Part shown: positions 54,302 through 64,000 of the stretch, piece after piece
Layout of the letters: each line of letters starts with the position of its first letter
Position numbering within the stretch: position 1 is the stretch's first letter
Assembly (NCBI GenBank): GCA_010909165.1
Contig: MU008163.1
Coordinates: 1,984,001-2,048,000, forward strand
Source: Anthoceros angustus
Lineage: Eukaryota; Plantae; Anthocerotophyta
Direction: 5' to 3'
DNA: 64,000 bases
The notes under the pieces: model-generated
What the model was told of the DNA's origin: nothing
What the model saw: only the letters and a program-made list of their open reading frames with translations
The model's database searches: none
Program-made: the position numbers and the translations under genes

Positions 54302-55930
54302 TTATGCATATTCAGTAAGGTTAAGCACGCGTTCCCCATTCACATAGAGACCAGGAACATAAGATCCCTCATCCATATGCCGCAACATAATATGGCCTCC
54401 TGCTGCAGATGAGGTGCTTACCCCCTCCTCCCGTGGACTACCCCTGACCGCATGAACCATGCCTTCGAAGGATGCCACGTCGCCTCCTGTTGCGCCGCTC
54501 ATGGTTGCCTCAGAGGCGGGTTCTCCAACGTCGGTGGGGATTTCCGCTACCCCGGTAATAGACTCCACGACGGTCGCCTGTTCCACGACCATGGTAGGGG
54601 TTTCTGTTACCGCGGTCGTCTCTCCCTTCATTCCAGTAGTGGCTTCCACTACCTCGGTAGTGGACCTGCTGCTCCTCTTCCCTTTTCCCTCTCCCGACGC
54701 CTCGGCCTGCTCCCGCTTATGGCCCCGCCAACTGGACCTTCTCCACATAGGCTACCTCTTGCTCTTGGGCCTGCAACAGTTCTCCCTGCATCTCCTGATT
54801 TGCTTCATGGGCATCCTTAATCTGAGCCATGAGCGATTCCTGCTGGCTCGTCATGGACTGTAACTCCTCCCGGGCCTTGCGTAAATCCTCCTGGACTTTG
54901 ATCCTCACCTCCTCCAGTGCCTGCTTGTCTTCCTCCAACTGTCTTCGCCTAGCCTCGTCCTCATCGAATTTAGCCTTCACCACTTCCTCTCGCCGCCTGA
55001 CATCGAGCTGTGAGTGCCAATGCAGCTTGGTCCAGCATGTCCGATTGAGCCTGAATCATGGCTGCTGTCAACTCCTGCAGATCCACTTGTTGAGGAGGGG
55101 CCGCGCCGGACGCCATCCCCCCGTCAAGCACCCTCTTACCCAGCAAGGTGCGTACCCGAACTATCTCCGCCACATCGACCTCGGTCGCCAAGGGAAATCC
55201 CTTGAAAATTTCTTCCCACCCAAGTGAGGGTTCCGTTGCTGGGGCCAACTGTGGAACGCAAAAGTTTGGGCAACTAGCTTAAATGAGTTCGTTTTGAAAC
55301 AGACCCACACTCTTTTGCTAGAAATGGTTTGGTGAAGACATGCAAGGAAATTTTTTTTTTGGACTAGGTCGGGAAGGCAGAGAGGATATGCAAGGGAAAA
55401 AGAAACAAGTCAAAACGACCTTCTGGTGAGGAGAAAAGGTAACCTACATGAGTGATAGGAGATATCCTATCACCGTAGGAGAAACTCCTACCATGGTAGA
55501 TGAGGGTAGAAGAGATCCTACCACCATAGAAAAATGACCCTACTAATGTTTTGATCACCTACCAGTGTAGGAATAGTTCCTACTATGGTAGGAGAGGGTA
55601 GAAAAAGATCCTACCACCGTAGGAGTAACTCCTACCATAGTAGGAGAAGAGGGAAAATGCCTACCATGGTAGGAAGATGTTCTACTGCGGTAGAAGATAG
55701 GTTGCTAAGGAAAATAGCTTATGTTTTAGGCAGGATAGGTTTGCTATATATAGGGTCTTTTAGTGGACTAGATAAATAGGCCAAAATAGGTAATTAGGAA
55801 ATTAGAGGCTCATTTTTAGCAAATAGAAATTAGGAAAATAGGAGAAAAAGGTATTTTAGTATAAGGAAATTAGGAAACTAACATCAATGGTGGGAGAGGT
55901 GCCACGTGGCACACATCCAAGGGTAGGATA
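54302..55930 (-). mobile_element. Probable LTR-retrotransposon 5' fragment: LTR-like region (about 55255-55930) followed by broken coiled-coil/gag-like ORFs
   Basis: Minus strand has TATATATAG at about 55745, then ...CCACA followed by GTTGGCCCC (weak PBS-like), then disrupted ORFs at 54970-55248, 54717-54983 and 54302-54748. No RT or integrase motif seen. Confidence 0.4.
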
Positions 55931-57989
55931 GAATGGTAGTTACTTTTTCTAACCCTTGGGTGACTTATAAAAGTGGCTGCAGGTGCCTACAGGAGGCCAT
56001 ATCTCAGAAACTCAACAAGACAGCCTCACTGCAGGAAGGCGCCGCTACATTGCAAGCTTCCCAAGGCCCCCATACAACAGCGCGCCGTACACGCGCCCGT
56101 GCTGAGGAGGAGAAGAAGGGCGTGGACTCAACAAGGAGGCGGAAATCCGCCAGGGTGCTTCAAAAAAGTTTTTGGCTGGGTGATGAAATAATTGTGCTTT
56201 CTAGATGAACTGATTTGATACATTACTAAAACGTTATTGATACATTTCTGAAGTTGTTGTGCTTACTAGTACATGAACCGATTTGGCATTCGTGGTGGAG
56301 AAAAAATGCATAACCTTTTCACTAGGAATTTCTCATTCTCATCAGACTTCGGAGGAGATGTTTTGTTTGGTACGTATTTTCCTCTCAGTTCTGTTATCTT
56401 CTTTTGTTCTGATGTCTTCAATCATTTTCTAACCATTGTGTTATTGTTGCATGTATGAGGAACGACTCTCCAAAAATTATAAAAATTGTCATGCACAATT
56501 ACCAAAGCGAGCACTTTTGCCTCAAAATTACAAAAACAATGAACAAGATGTCATTCAAACTTTTAGAGCTATCATCGACCACTTCCCAAGGTGGACAGAG
56601 AAGGATAAGAATTTGTCAATTCAAGGATTCCTTCTCAATTCTCCAATCGACAATGCAAGGTGTAATGTCAGTCTTTGGTTGTCTCTGGTTTCTTGTTTTT
56701 TCTTTTTAATGGGAACAAAGAGCACAGTGTATTTTTCAGGCTTGGCATGCCAAATTGCGAGTGTCGAAGAAGATGCCTTTTCGCTTCATGAAGACAATAG
56801 CTGAGGTTGCTCGTCCATAAACAAAAGTTGTCGGGTGACCATGATCACACATCTTATTATGACCCAAGTGCCTTCTGATGCTGGCAGAAGTGTGACAAGT
56901 CACAAGACAAATGCCGATTTTTCAATGGCAAGATAAGTAGGAAACTGCTAAAACTGGATGTGCATCCTCCTCAAGGGGAGGCCTCCGTATTTAGTCCTTA
57001 GGGAAAAATTATCTAAGTATCCGGAGTGGATGATGCAGTGGATCCGGAGTGGATGTTGCTCCACTGCACTCCAGATGTCTGTCTCACTCAGTTAAGGATA
57101 GAGACATCAATGAAGGTGACAAAATGCAACAACCCATGAATGAAAGGAACTCTCATAGACTTGCATACATTACTATGTACAAGATCCAAAATGCTCAAAG
57201 ACCTGGAAATAGACTTTATCGAAGAAGGCACCCCACGATAGTTGCCATTGATACAGTCTTTACAAAGAGACTCAGTAGTAAGAATTTCACGAATATGCAG
57301 ATCGAAGAGTTTGCATAACTCCGATAATAGGAAATTGAATATGACCCAATTGCACATTTCAAAGCTGTATTTGTTATTTGGAAAACTCACCATCCTTAGA
57401 CATTGTTACGAAGATTCCATATTTATGAACAACTCATGCGTTTTTTACAAGGCACAAACCTTTTTGGATTCTTGACATGTACATCTTACTGGCATTATAA
57501 GTTGCCAACTACACCCCCATGCCGTAATTTCTTTCCATTTTCCGTTCGCTATAACATTTCGTGTACTCTTGATCTTACTCAATTTGTTACTCATCACTAT
57601 TAGGCACTCCTATTCCCGCGCACTCTCATTCCCGCTCACACCTTCGCGACACACTTGATATTCTTGCTCACCATGGTCATCATTTCATATTCTTTTGCAA
57701 CCCCCCACTTCCCACACTCTCACTCCTTCCCCCTCCTTGCAAACTTGATTCTTGCTGGCTCTACCTCTGTCGACTTTGTGGCTCATGGGTCGAACTCCAT
57801 CTCATGATGATTGGGAGCACTTCCAAATCATAGAAACTCGTACATTTGGAGTTAAAAAAGTCACCTGTAATTTTTTGCTCAGTCTTTCCAAGGAACAAGC
57901 ATAAGGGCTAGATGTCATCTCATAGGTGTAGGAGGTGGAGTAAGAGCATGCTCCGCAATGCCAAGCGCATTGAAGGAGAAGCTTTTAAA

Positions 57990-58420
57990 GGGAGCCAGGG
58001 TCAATGTGATGTCTTCATGTGTTGCATCCACTAATTAGTCTAGCACTTCAAGTTCTCAGACAACAATGGAGAAGGCATGGGAGCTTCCAAGGAGGAAGTT
58101 TGTAGATGAAGTTGTAGCGAGGTGCTTTTATGCACGTGGACTATCATTCAACTTAATACGATCTCCTTTTTTAGTGACATGGTTGATGCAATTGTTAATG
58201 TAGGTCGTTCATATAAGCTCCCTAATTTTGATGCTTTGAGAACTACTTTGCTTCTATCAAATCATCAAAGCTTCATAATTGAGGTTCGTGGTTCAAGGTT
58301 CATGGAAATTATCAAAGGTTCGTGGTCAACTGGGTGCTCTATCTTAAGTGATGGTTGGAGTGATAGAAGAAACCACCCCCTGGTGAATCTATTAGTCTTC
58401 ACGTCAAGGAAATGTATTTC
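57990..58420 (+). mobile_element. Decayed hAT transposase fragment (DUF659-type)
   Basis: Frameshifted but recognisable: CFYARGLSFNLIRSPFF/SDMVDAI...YKLPNFDALRTTLL and GCSILSDGWSDRRNHPLVNLLV. Confidence 0.82.
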
Positions 58421-58454
58421 TATGAGCAGAAAATATATCTCGCCGGGAGAAAAC

Positions 58455-58670
58455 AAGAGTATTAGAGTTATCATGTCGAGATTGATCGTCCCGTGTGTCA
58501 ACAATATTCACAGTAGACAAATATAACCTACTCAAAATTGAAGAAAAAATCCAAATATGAAGAATATTAGAGTTATCGTATGGAGATTGATCTTCCTGTG
58601 CGTCAACAATATTCACAGTAGACAAATATAACTACTCAAAATTGAAGAAAAAACCCAAGTACGAAGAGTC
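58455..58670. repeat. About 105-bp tandem duplication next to the hAT fragment
   Basis: GTCAACAATATTCACAGTAGACAAATATAAC.TACTCAAAATTGAAGAAAAAA at about 58497 and 58602. Confidence 0.85.
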
Positions 58671-58946
58671 CATGTTAAGTACCAGATACCACCTAGGGGA
58701 TAAGACAATCTAACGTTTTAGACGTCAGATGAGGAAGAATGAAGTCTATTATAGTCCACTTGGACGGAATGTAGCGCCACCTGCTACCTACGTACCCATG
58801 TATGCCCCGTTCAATCCGATAGAATCGAATCCCGGTGGCGAAAAATATTAACGGAGAGCGGTTCCCGCATAGGTAGGTAGCTATGTAGTCAGGTAGGAGT
58901 ACTCGAATTAGACGAGCACTCAGACGCGCTTCCGTGTGTTGAGCAT

Positions 58947-60698
58947 ATGGAGAGCAGTCGTGGTGCTGCATCCAACTGGATCGTGCGGGATGATGGTGGG
59001 CCTGGCAGGCCGGCTGGATACGATCGGGGCGTTACGGTTGAAACTGTGAGCAAGCTGTGCGAGCTGGGGCAGCTCGATGAGGCAGTGGAGGGCCTTGGAG
59101 TTCTGGTGCAGACAGACTGTGAGGCTCCCAAGTCTCTCTTCTACACAGTCTCAAAGGGATGTTCTAGGGAGAAGGATTTACCTTTATGGCGCCGTGTGCA
59201 TGCCCTGGGGGTGATGAAGGGGTACGAGTCGGACACGTTCTTGTGCAACCACATGGTGCGGGTTTATGCTTCCCGTGCCAGCTTGGAGGAGGCCATGGAC
59301 GTGTTCAGCGCGGTGGAGGAACCGGATGCCTTCACGTGGTCGGCCATCATCTCGGCTCATGTGAAGCAGGGGCGGGACAGGCAGGCCATAGGGCTGTATC
59401 ATCGGATGCGGATGTCGAGTGTGCAGCCGGACGGGCATGTGTTTGTGGCAGCGCTGCAGGCCTGCGCGAGAGGAGCAGATTTGAGGTCGGGGCAGCAGGT
59501 GCATGTGGATGTGATTGCCAGTGGGGTTGAGCCTGATTCGTTTGTGTGCAATTGCCTGGTGGATATGTATGCCAAGTGCGGGAGCTTGGGTGAGGCAAGG
59601 AGAGTGTTCGACCGGTTAGGGCACAAGAATGTTGTCACCTGGACGGCTCTGATTGCAGGATACTCCCAGCAGGGCATGGGGCAGGAGGCTCTGCATCTCT
59701 ACAGGGCCATGCAGGAGGAGGGAGTGGCTGCTCCTAATTCTTTCACTTTCGTGTGCCTCCTGCAGGCGTGTGCTAATGTGGCTGCTCTGCATCTGGGAAG
59801 GCAGCTTCACGCACAGATCAAAACCCTAGGGCTGGAGGCCGAGGTGCTGGTGGCCACCAGCCTGATCAACATGTATGGCAAGTGCGGGAGCATGGAGGAT
59901 GCACAGCTGGTTTTCGATGCCTTGCCGGCAAGAGATGTGGTCACCTGGAGCGCGCTGATCGCAGGCTACACCTGCCAGGGAGCCAGCCAGGTGGTGTTCG
60001 ACCTGGTTCAGAGGATGAGACAGGAAGGCATACAGCCGAACGGAGTCACATTCCTCAGCATACTGACAGTATGCAGCCATGCAGGCCTGGTGGGGAAAGG
60101 GCAAGAGTTCTTCCGGGCCATGAGCAGACAGTACCGGATCCCTCCCACCGTCGGGCACTACACCTGCATGGTGGACCTCCTGGGCAGAGCAGGCCTGCTG
60201 GACGAGTCCCTGGCCTTGGTCAGGGCCATGCCCATCCCCCCTGACGCGGCAGTCTGGCTCACTCTGCTGAACGCCTGCCGAAAGTGGAGCAACACGGAGG
60301 TGGGCCGCCATGCTTTCGACCAAACCGTGAAGCTCGACAAGAAAGACGCCTCAGCGTATGTCCTCATGTCCAACATTTACACCGGTGCCCAGATGTGGGA
60401 GCAGGCGCGGGAGCTGCAGGCGTGGAGGAAGGGCATCGGGGCGTGGAAGCAGCCTGGTCAGAGCTGGTGGACGGACATGGCCGGGCTAGTGCATAGCTTT
60501 CTTGTTGGCGAGCGGAAGCTCCTCGAAGGTGAAGCAAGAATGACGCAGGTCTATCCCATATTGAATGACGAACAATGTGCGCCGCATCTGGGTTCCTTAA
60601 CCTTTAGGCACGTTACTCGACTCAGACGTTGTTTCAGTCATCATCTTTTTCGTTTCAATCCATCATTTTGGGGTCCATACTCGTTTTTGAAATTGTAG
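58947..60698 (+). CDS. PLS-class PPR RNA-editing factor with E domains and a WW-type PG box; DYW deaminase truncated
   Basis: Repeated NCLVDMYAKCGSL, VVTWTALIAGY, FVCLLQAC, then HYTCMVDLLGRAG, WLTLLNACRKW, AYVLMSNIY and KQPGQSWWTDMAGLVHSFLVGE. No HxE/CxxC downstream. Confidence 0.93.
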   Translation: MESSRGAASNWIVRDDGGPGRPAGYDRGVTVETVSKLCELGQLDEAVEGLGVLVQTDCEAPKSLFYTVSKGCSREKDLPLWRRVHALGVMKGYESDTFLCNHMVRVYASRASLEEAMDVFSAVEEPDAFTWSAIISAHVKQGRDRQAIGLYHRMRMSSVQPDGHVFVAALQACARGADLRSGQQVHVDVIASGVEPDSFVCNCLVDMYAKCGSLGEARRVFDRLGHKNVVTWTALIAGYSQQGMGQEALHLYRAMQEEGVAAPNSFTFVCLLQACANVAALHLGRQLHAQIKTLGLEAEVLVATSLINMYGKCGSMEDAQLVFDALPARDVVTWSALIAGYTCQGASQVVFDLVQRMRQEGIQPNGVTFLSILTVCSHAGLVGKGQEFFRAMSRQYRIPPTVGHYTCMVDLLGRAGLLDESLALVRAMPIPPDAAVWLTLLNACRKWSNTEVGRHAFDQTVKLDKKDASAYVLMSNIYTGAQMWEQARELQAWRKGIGAWKQPGQSWWTDMAGLVHSFLVGERKLLEGEARMTQVYPILNDEQCAPHLGSLTFRHVTRLRRCFSHHLFRFNPSFWGPYSFLKL

Positions 60699-61159
60699 GG
60701 CTCGGTACACATGTACATTGTACAATATCCGGGATGTCATTGGCGGTGTCGTGTACGGTATCGTCGACCTCGTCCTGGTCGTGGTCCTGTCAAGTCAGCG
60801 ACGCGGTGGTCGCTGCTGGAGGTCTCTAGAAATAACTAACCTGATGTTGGAGCCACGTCCCGGAACGGCTCCGTCGCCCTCGCGTTCTGGATTCCAAGCC
60901 TTGGACTTCCCTAAGTCCTGGCCTGCCGGCCTGCCGAGTGCTGTGCCAATCCGATGTGTTAGCGCATCGGAACAGGACTGTGGTGGTGAGCCGGGAAGTG
61001 CTTCTGGGGTTTTCGGAAGGCGACGCTCGATAGGCTTGGTTGCTGGCGCTGGTGCCGGCAGCATTGTGGCGCTTGGTGGGAGCCCCGGCCTGGCTCATCC
61101 ATAAGCTCCAGCGCAGCACAGACAGATTTTGGAAGTGCGCGTGGGCGTGAGCGGGGTGG

Positions 61160-62388
61160 ATGGATAGGCGGGCGTGCTCTGCAGCGCTGCTGTGCTGGGT
61201 CCTAGCGGTGGCCGCCTGCGGCAACGCGGCTGCTCATTCCGGGCATTCGGGGCATGGAGGGAGGAGGAAGCTGGCGCAGATTCCCGGGGGCCTGCCGGAC
61301 GCAGGGGTGTGGTCCGGGTTCGTGAGCCTGCTGGGGCTATCGTTGGGGGATTCGGCGCCGGGGCTGGGCGATCTCAAGAAGTACCTGGTGCAGTTCGGGT
61401 ACCTGGATCCCGCCGACTTGGACTCGCAGGTGTTCGACGCCCCGATGCAAAAGGCGGTGGAGCTGTACCAGCAGAGCTTCAGGCTGAGCGTGACGGGGAT
61501 CCTGGACTCGAAGACGCTGGCGCAGATGATGATACCGCGGTGCGGGAGGGAGGACGTTGCCAACGGCGTGGCCCTGATGCTTGAGAATCTAGGGCAGCCT
61601 CCATCCTCCCAGCCCGCGCCCGCGCCTGCGCCCGGGCCCTCGCCCTCGTCCTCTGCTCCTGCGCCTGCCCCGCCCGCGGCCGGGACGAGCCGGCGGCTCC
61701 TGGACAAGGGCGTCTCCCGCTACTCCTACTTCCCAGGACGCCCAAGTGGCGGAGCAAGTCCAGCCTCACCTACGCTTTCCAGCCGCAGAACGAGACGGCG
61801 CAGGTGACGAAGCTGCAGCGAGAGGAGGCCTTCTTCAACGCCTTCGCGGCGTGGGCTTCGGTGGTGCCCATCAACTTCACCCAGATCGCGGACTACAGCA
61901 AGGCGGACATCACCATCGAGTTCGCGTACCTGGGTCATGGCGACGGGGAGCCCTTCGACGGGGAGCTCGGGGTTCTGGCCCACGCCTTCTCTCCTGAGGA
62001 CGGCAGGTTCCATCTGGACAACGCCGAGCTGTGGACGGTGGACGTGAAGGACAGTAGGTCGCCTTACAATATCGACCTGCAGTCGGTGGCGTTGCACGAG
62101 ATCGGGCATCTCTTAGGGTTGGGCCATTCTGGGGACCCGGACGCGATCATGTACCCTAGCATCAGCCCGCAGAAATCCAAGCAGGTCCTCATGGCTGACG
62201 ACATTGCCGGTGCGCAGTCTCTGTACGGGGCGAATCCCAACTACGACCCGAATGCGCCACTGCCCACCTTCGACCCCAATAATCAGGCAGTTGGGAACAA
62301 CGGTGCGCATACCGTGCTTTCTCAGTGTACTCTAGTCTCCACCTCGCTGGCCACGTTGCTTGCGACGCTTACTCTTGTGTGGAGATGA
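61160..62388 (+). CDS. MMP: Matrix metalloprotease (M10A) interrupted by a 1-nt frameshift at about 61741-61745 (assembly error or pseudogene)
   Basis: Signal peptide, LKKYLVQFGY propeptide, cysteine switch PRCGRED, HEIGHLLGLGH zinc motif, Met-turn AIMYP and a hydrophobic GPI-like tail. Adding one base restores FPGRPKWRSKSSLTYAF. Confidence 0.9.
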
Positions 62389-62841
62389 GCCCATGGCAAG
62401 CCAGTCCAATCAAAGCAAGAGCATGTCGTTTCCTCGAGAAAAAATCATGATAGTTTTAAGTACGTATGTACCTACCTTCGGATCGTTGGCTTCACAAGGT
62501 CCTCACCCAATTCGTCACTGTTGAGTAGGTAGAGATTTATTACACGCTGCTTGTCCAACTTGTACCTACCACATACTGAATTTCCTAGACGGTACAAAAC
62601 TTGTTGAAGATAGACTTCAATATGCTACACACGCACACCAGACTAGCTGTAACGCGTAGTTAAGAGCGTGAACGACGAACAGTGCCCAGAATGTCATACG
62701 ATGGTACACCGGCAGCCGTTTCTGGAACCACATTGCAATCGAATGGAAGGGCTTGATTAGTGGCAGGCTCCAACCCGTGGACTGCCAACAGTTCGAAGAA
62801 CAATCAAAGCCAAGTATTAGCGCGAAAGAGAACAGTCTGAC

Positions 62842-64000
62842 CTACTTCAGCTGAAGTTGTCTCGCATGGGGCCTCAGAATTTTGAGACGAAACTCCGCCT
62901 GGGCTTGCCAGTAGGATAAAGTTGGTGGGGGTACGCCTTCATACTCAATCACTGCAGCACAGATCCAACTGTCGTCAGGATGGAATAGCCAACCCACAAG
63001 TCATAGGAGGTGGAGAGGAGCTGATGCCTTACTGAAGCTGGCGGAAATGGTTCCCCAGAGCGCGGCCGTGAGAAGGTTTCTTGTTTTCCACCACCCAACC
63101 AGGAATCCTCCACAGAAGCAGTTGCCGCATCCAGTGGGATCCACTACACCTCTCACGTCAGCTCCGATGTCATAAATCTGACCCTGGCTGCCTTCCGATT
63201 GTGCATCGACATTCTCTGTGTCAGATGGCAATCTCTTGGCATTGAACCTCTTGGATGAGAATCTGTTCGATCCCCGATCAAAGGTCGTGTGGAACGCAGG
63301 AACTTCCCAAGTCTCCCCAGTGTCTGACCTATCACACCAGAACAACCAACAAGCCGGTTGTTGCTGAGGCTATCCTGTTTCAAGCATTCTGTGGTTACTT
63401 CTCCAAGAAGTATCAAGGTGATTTGAAGTAGTTCACCTGTGAACAATGCATCCCAAGTGGCCACGTCTCAATGAGACCACCTGCTAGCAAAGGAACAGCG
63501 GAACTTTTGGATCAATACATGGATGTCTTGCCAGTTCATACGATTCATGTCTCTACCCGATTTCCCAGAGCACTCACCTCAGCACCCAATTCGACAAGGC
63601 GTCCAATGATCTCGAGAGGCGATCCTGGTCCCACTAGTGAAATGGCTTCTTTTTCGTTCGGAGAAAATATATTGGCTGCAGAAACAAGAGCCCTGCAAAT
63701 CCGCATGTCCGTGCCAGTACTAATAAACACACGTCCCTGTTCTAAAATGTCTCCATCGACAGAAAGCAGCTCAAGATACTCACATCAGTTCAGTCCGAGT
63801 AACAATGTCTTCAGCATGAGTGTACGTCTCAACGCTCACTACATCAGCACCTGTGCGACGAAGACTCCTGATAAAGTCCACATCACGTCCACTGGGGTGC
63901 ACTCCTGCATGGTAAACCTTCGCTTTCCTGTATGCAAGCAAGTACTTGTTAGTCCCACTTCCTAAGAGCCGACCAACAGTCACAAACAACAGAGAGAGGT
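62842..64000 (-). CDS. PfkB-family carbohydrate kinase-like protein; 5' part lies outside the window
   Basis: GADVVSVET, NIFSPNEKEAISLVG, VVDPTGCGNCFCGGFLVGW (PfkB signature 2). Last exon IEYEGVPP...RQLQLK* ends at 62842. Confidence 0.85.

Noticed and set aside
59184-60496. Multiple ORFs overlapping the PPR gene
   Set aside because: Shadow frames of a repetitive GC-rich CDS.

Overview
Eukaryotic nuclear DNA from a land plant with flagellated sperm. Short GT-AG introns, high gene density, an axonemal dynein gene and a WW-type PPR editing factor point to a hornwort, lycophyte or fern; this lineage call is inference. About 16 protein-coding loci are recognisable: SERGT1 (partial), a small MYND-finger gene, two ThrE/PRM10-like exporter paralogues, TITAN9/Csm1-like, DUR3, GH3, an 8-exon inner-arm dynein light chain p28/DNALI1 that the ORF track misses entirely, a class-V PLP enzyme, an intronless NEDD1 head-to-head with RPL36a, a lipoxygenase, a SAPS/SIT4-associated protein, a PLS-type PPR, a matrix metalloprotease with a 1-nt frameshift, and a partial PfkB kinase. 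Repeat and transposon debris lies at about 4.4-6.3, 35-41.5 and 53-58.7 kb. The most interesting signals are: (1) a probably plastid-targeted LOX with Gly at the Coffa stereo-determinant (R-type) and Val at the positional determinant; (2) two ThrE/PRM10-like exporters bracketing a urea symporter and a GH3 ligase; (3) the hidden axonemal gene in an AT-rich island; (4) an intronless NEDD1 sharing a 178-bp telo-box promoter with a ribosomal protein gene. Exon boundaries were assembled by hand and no database search was run.
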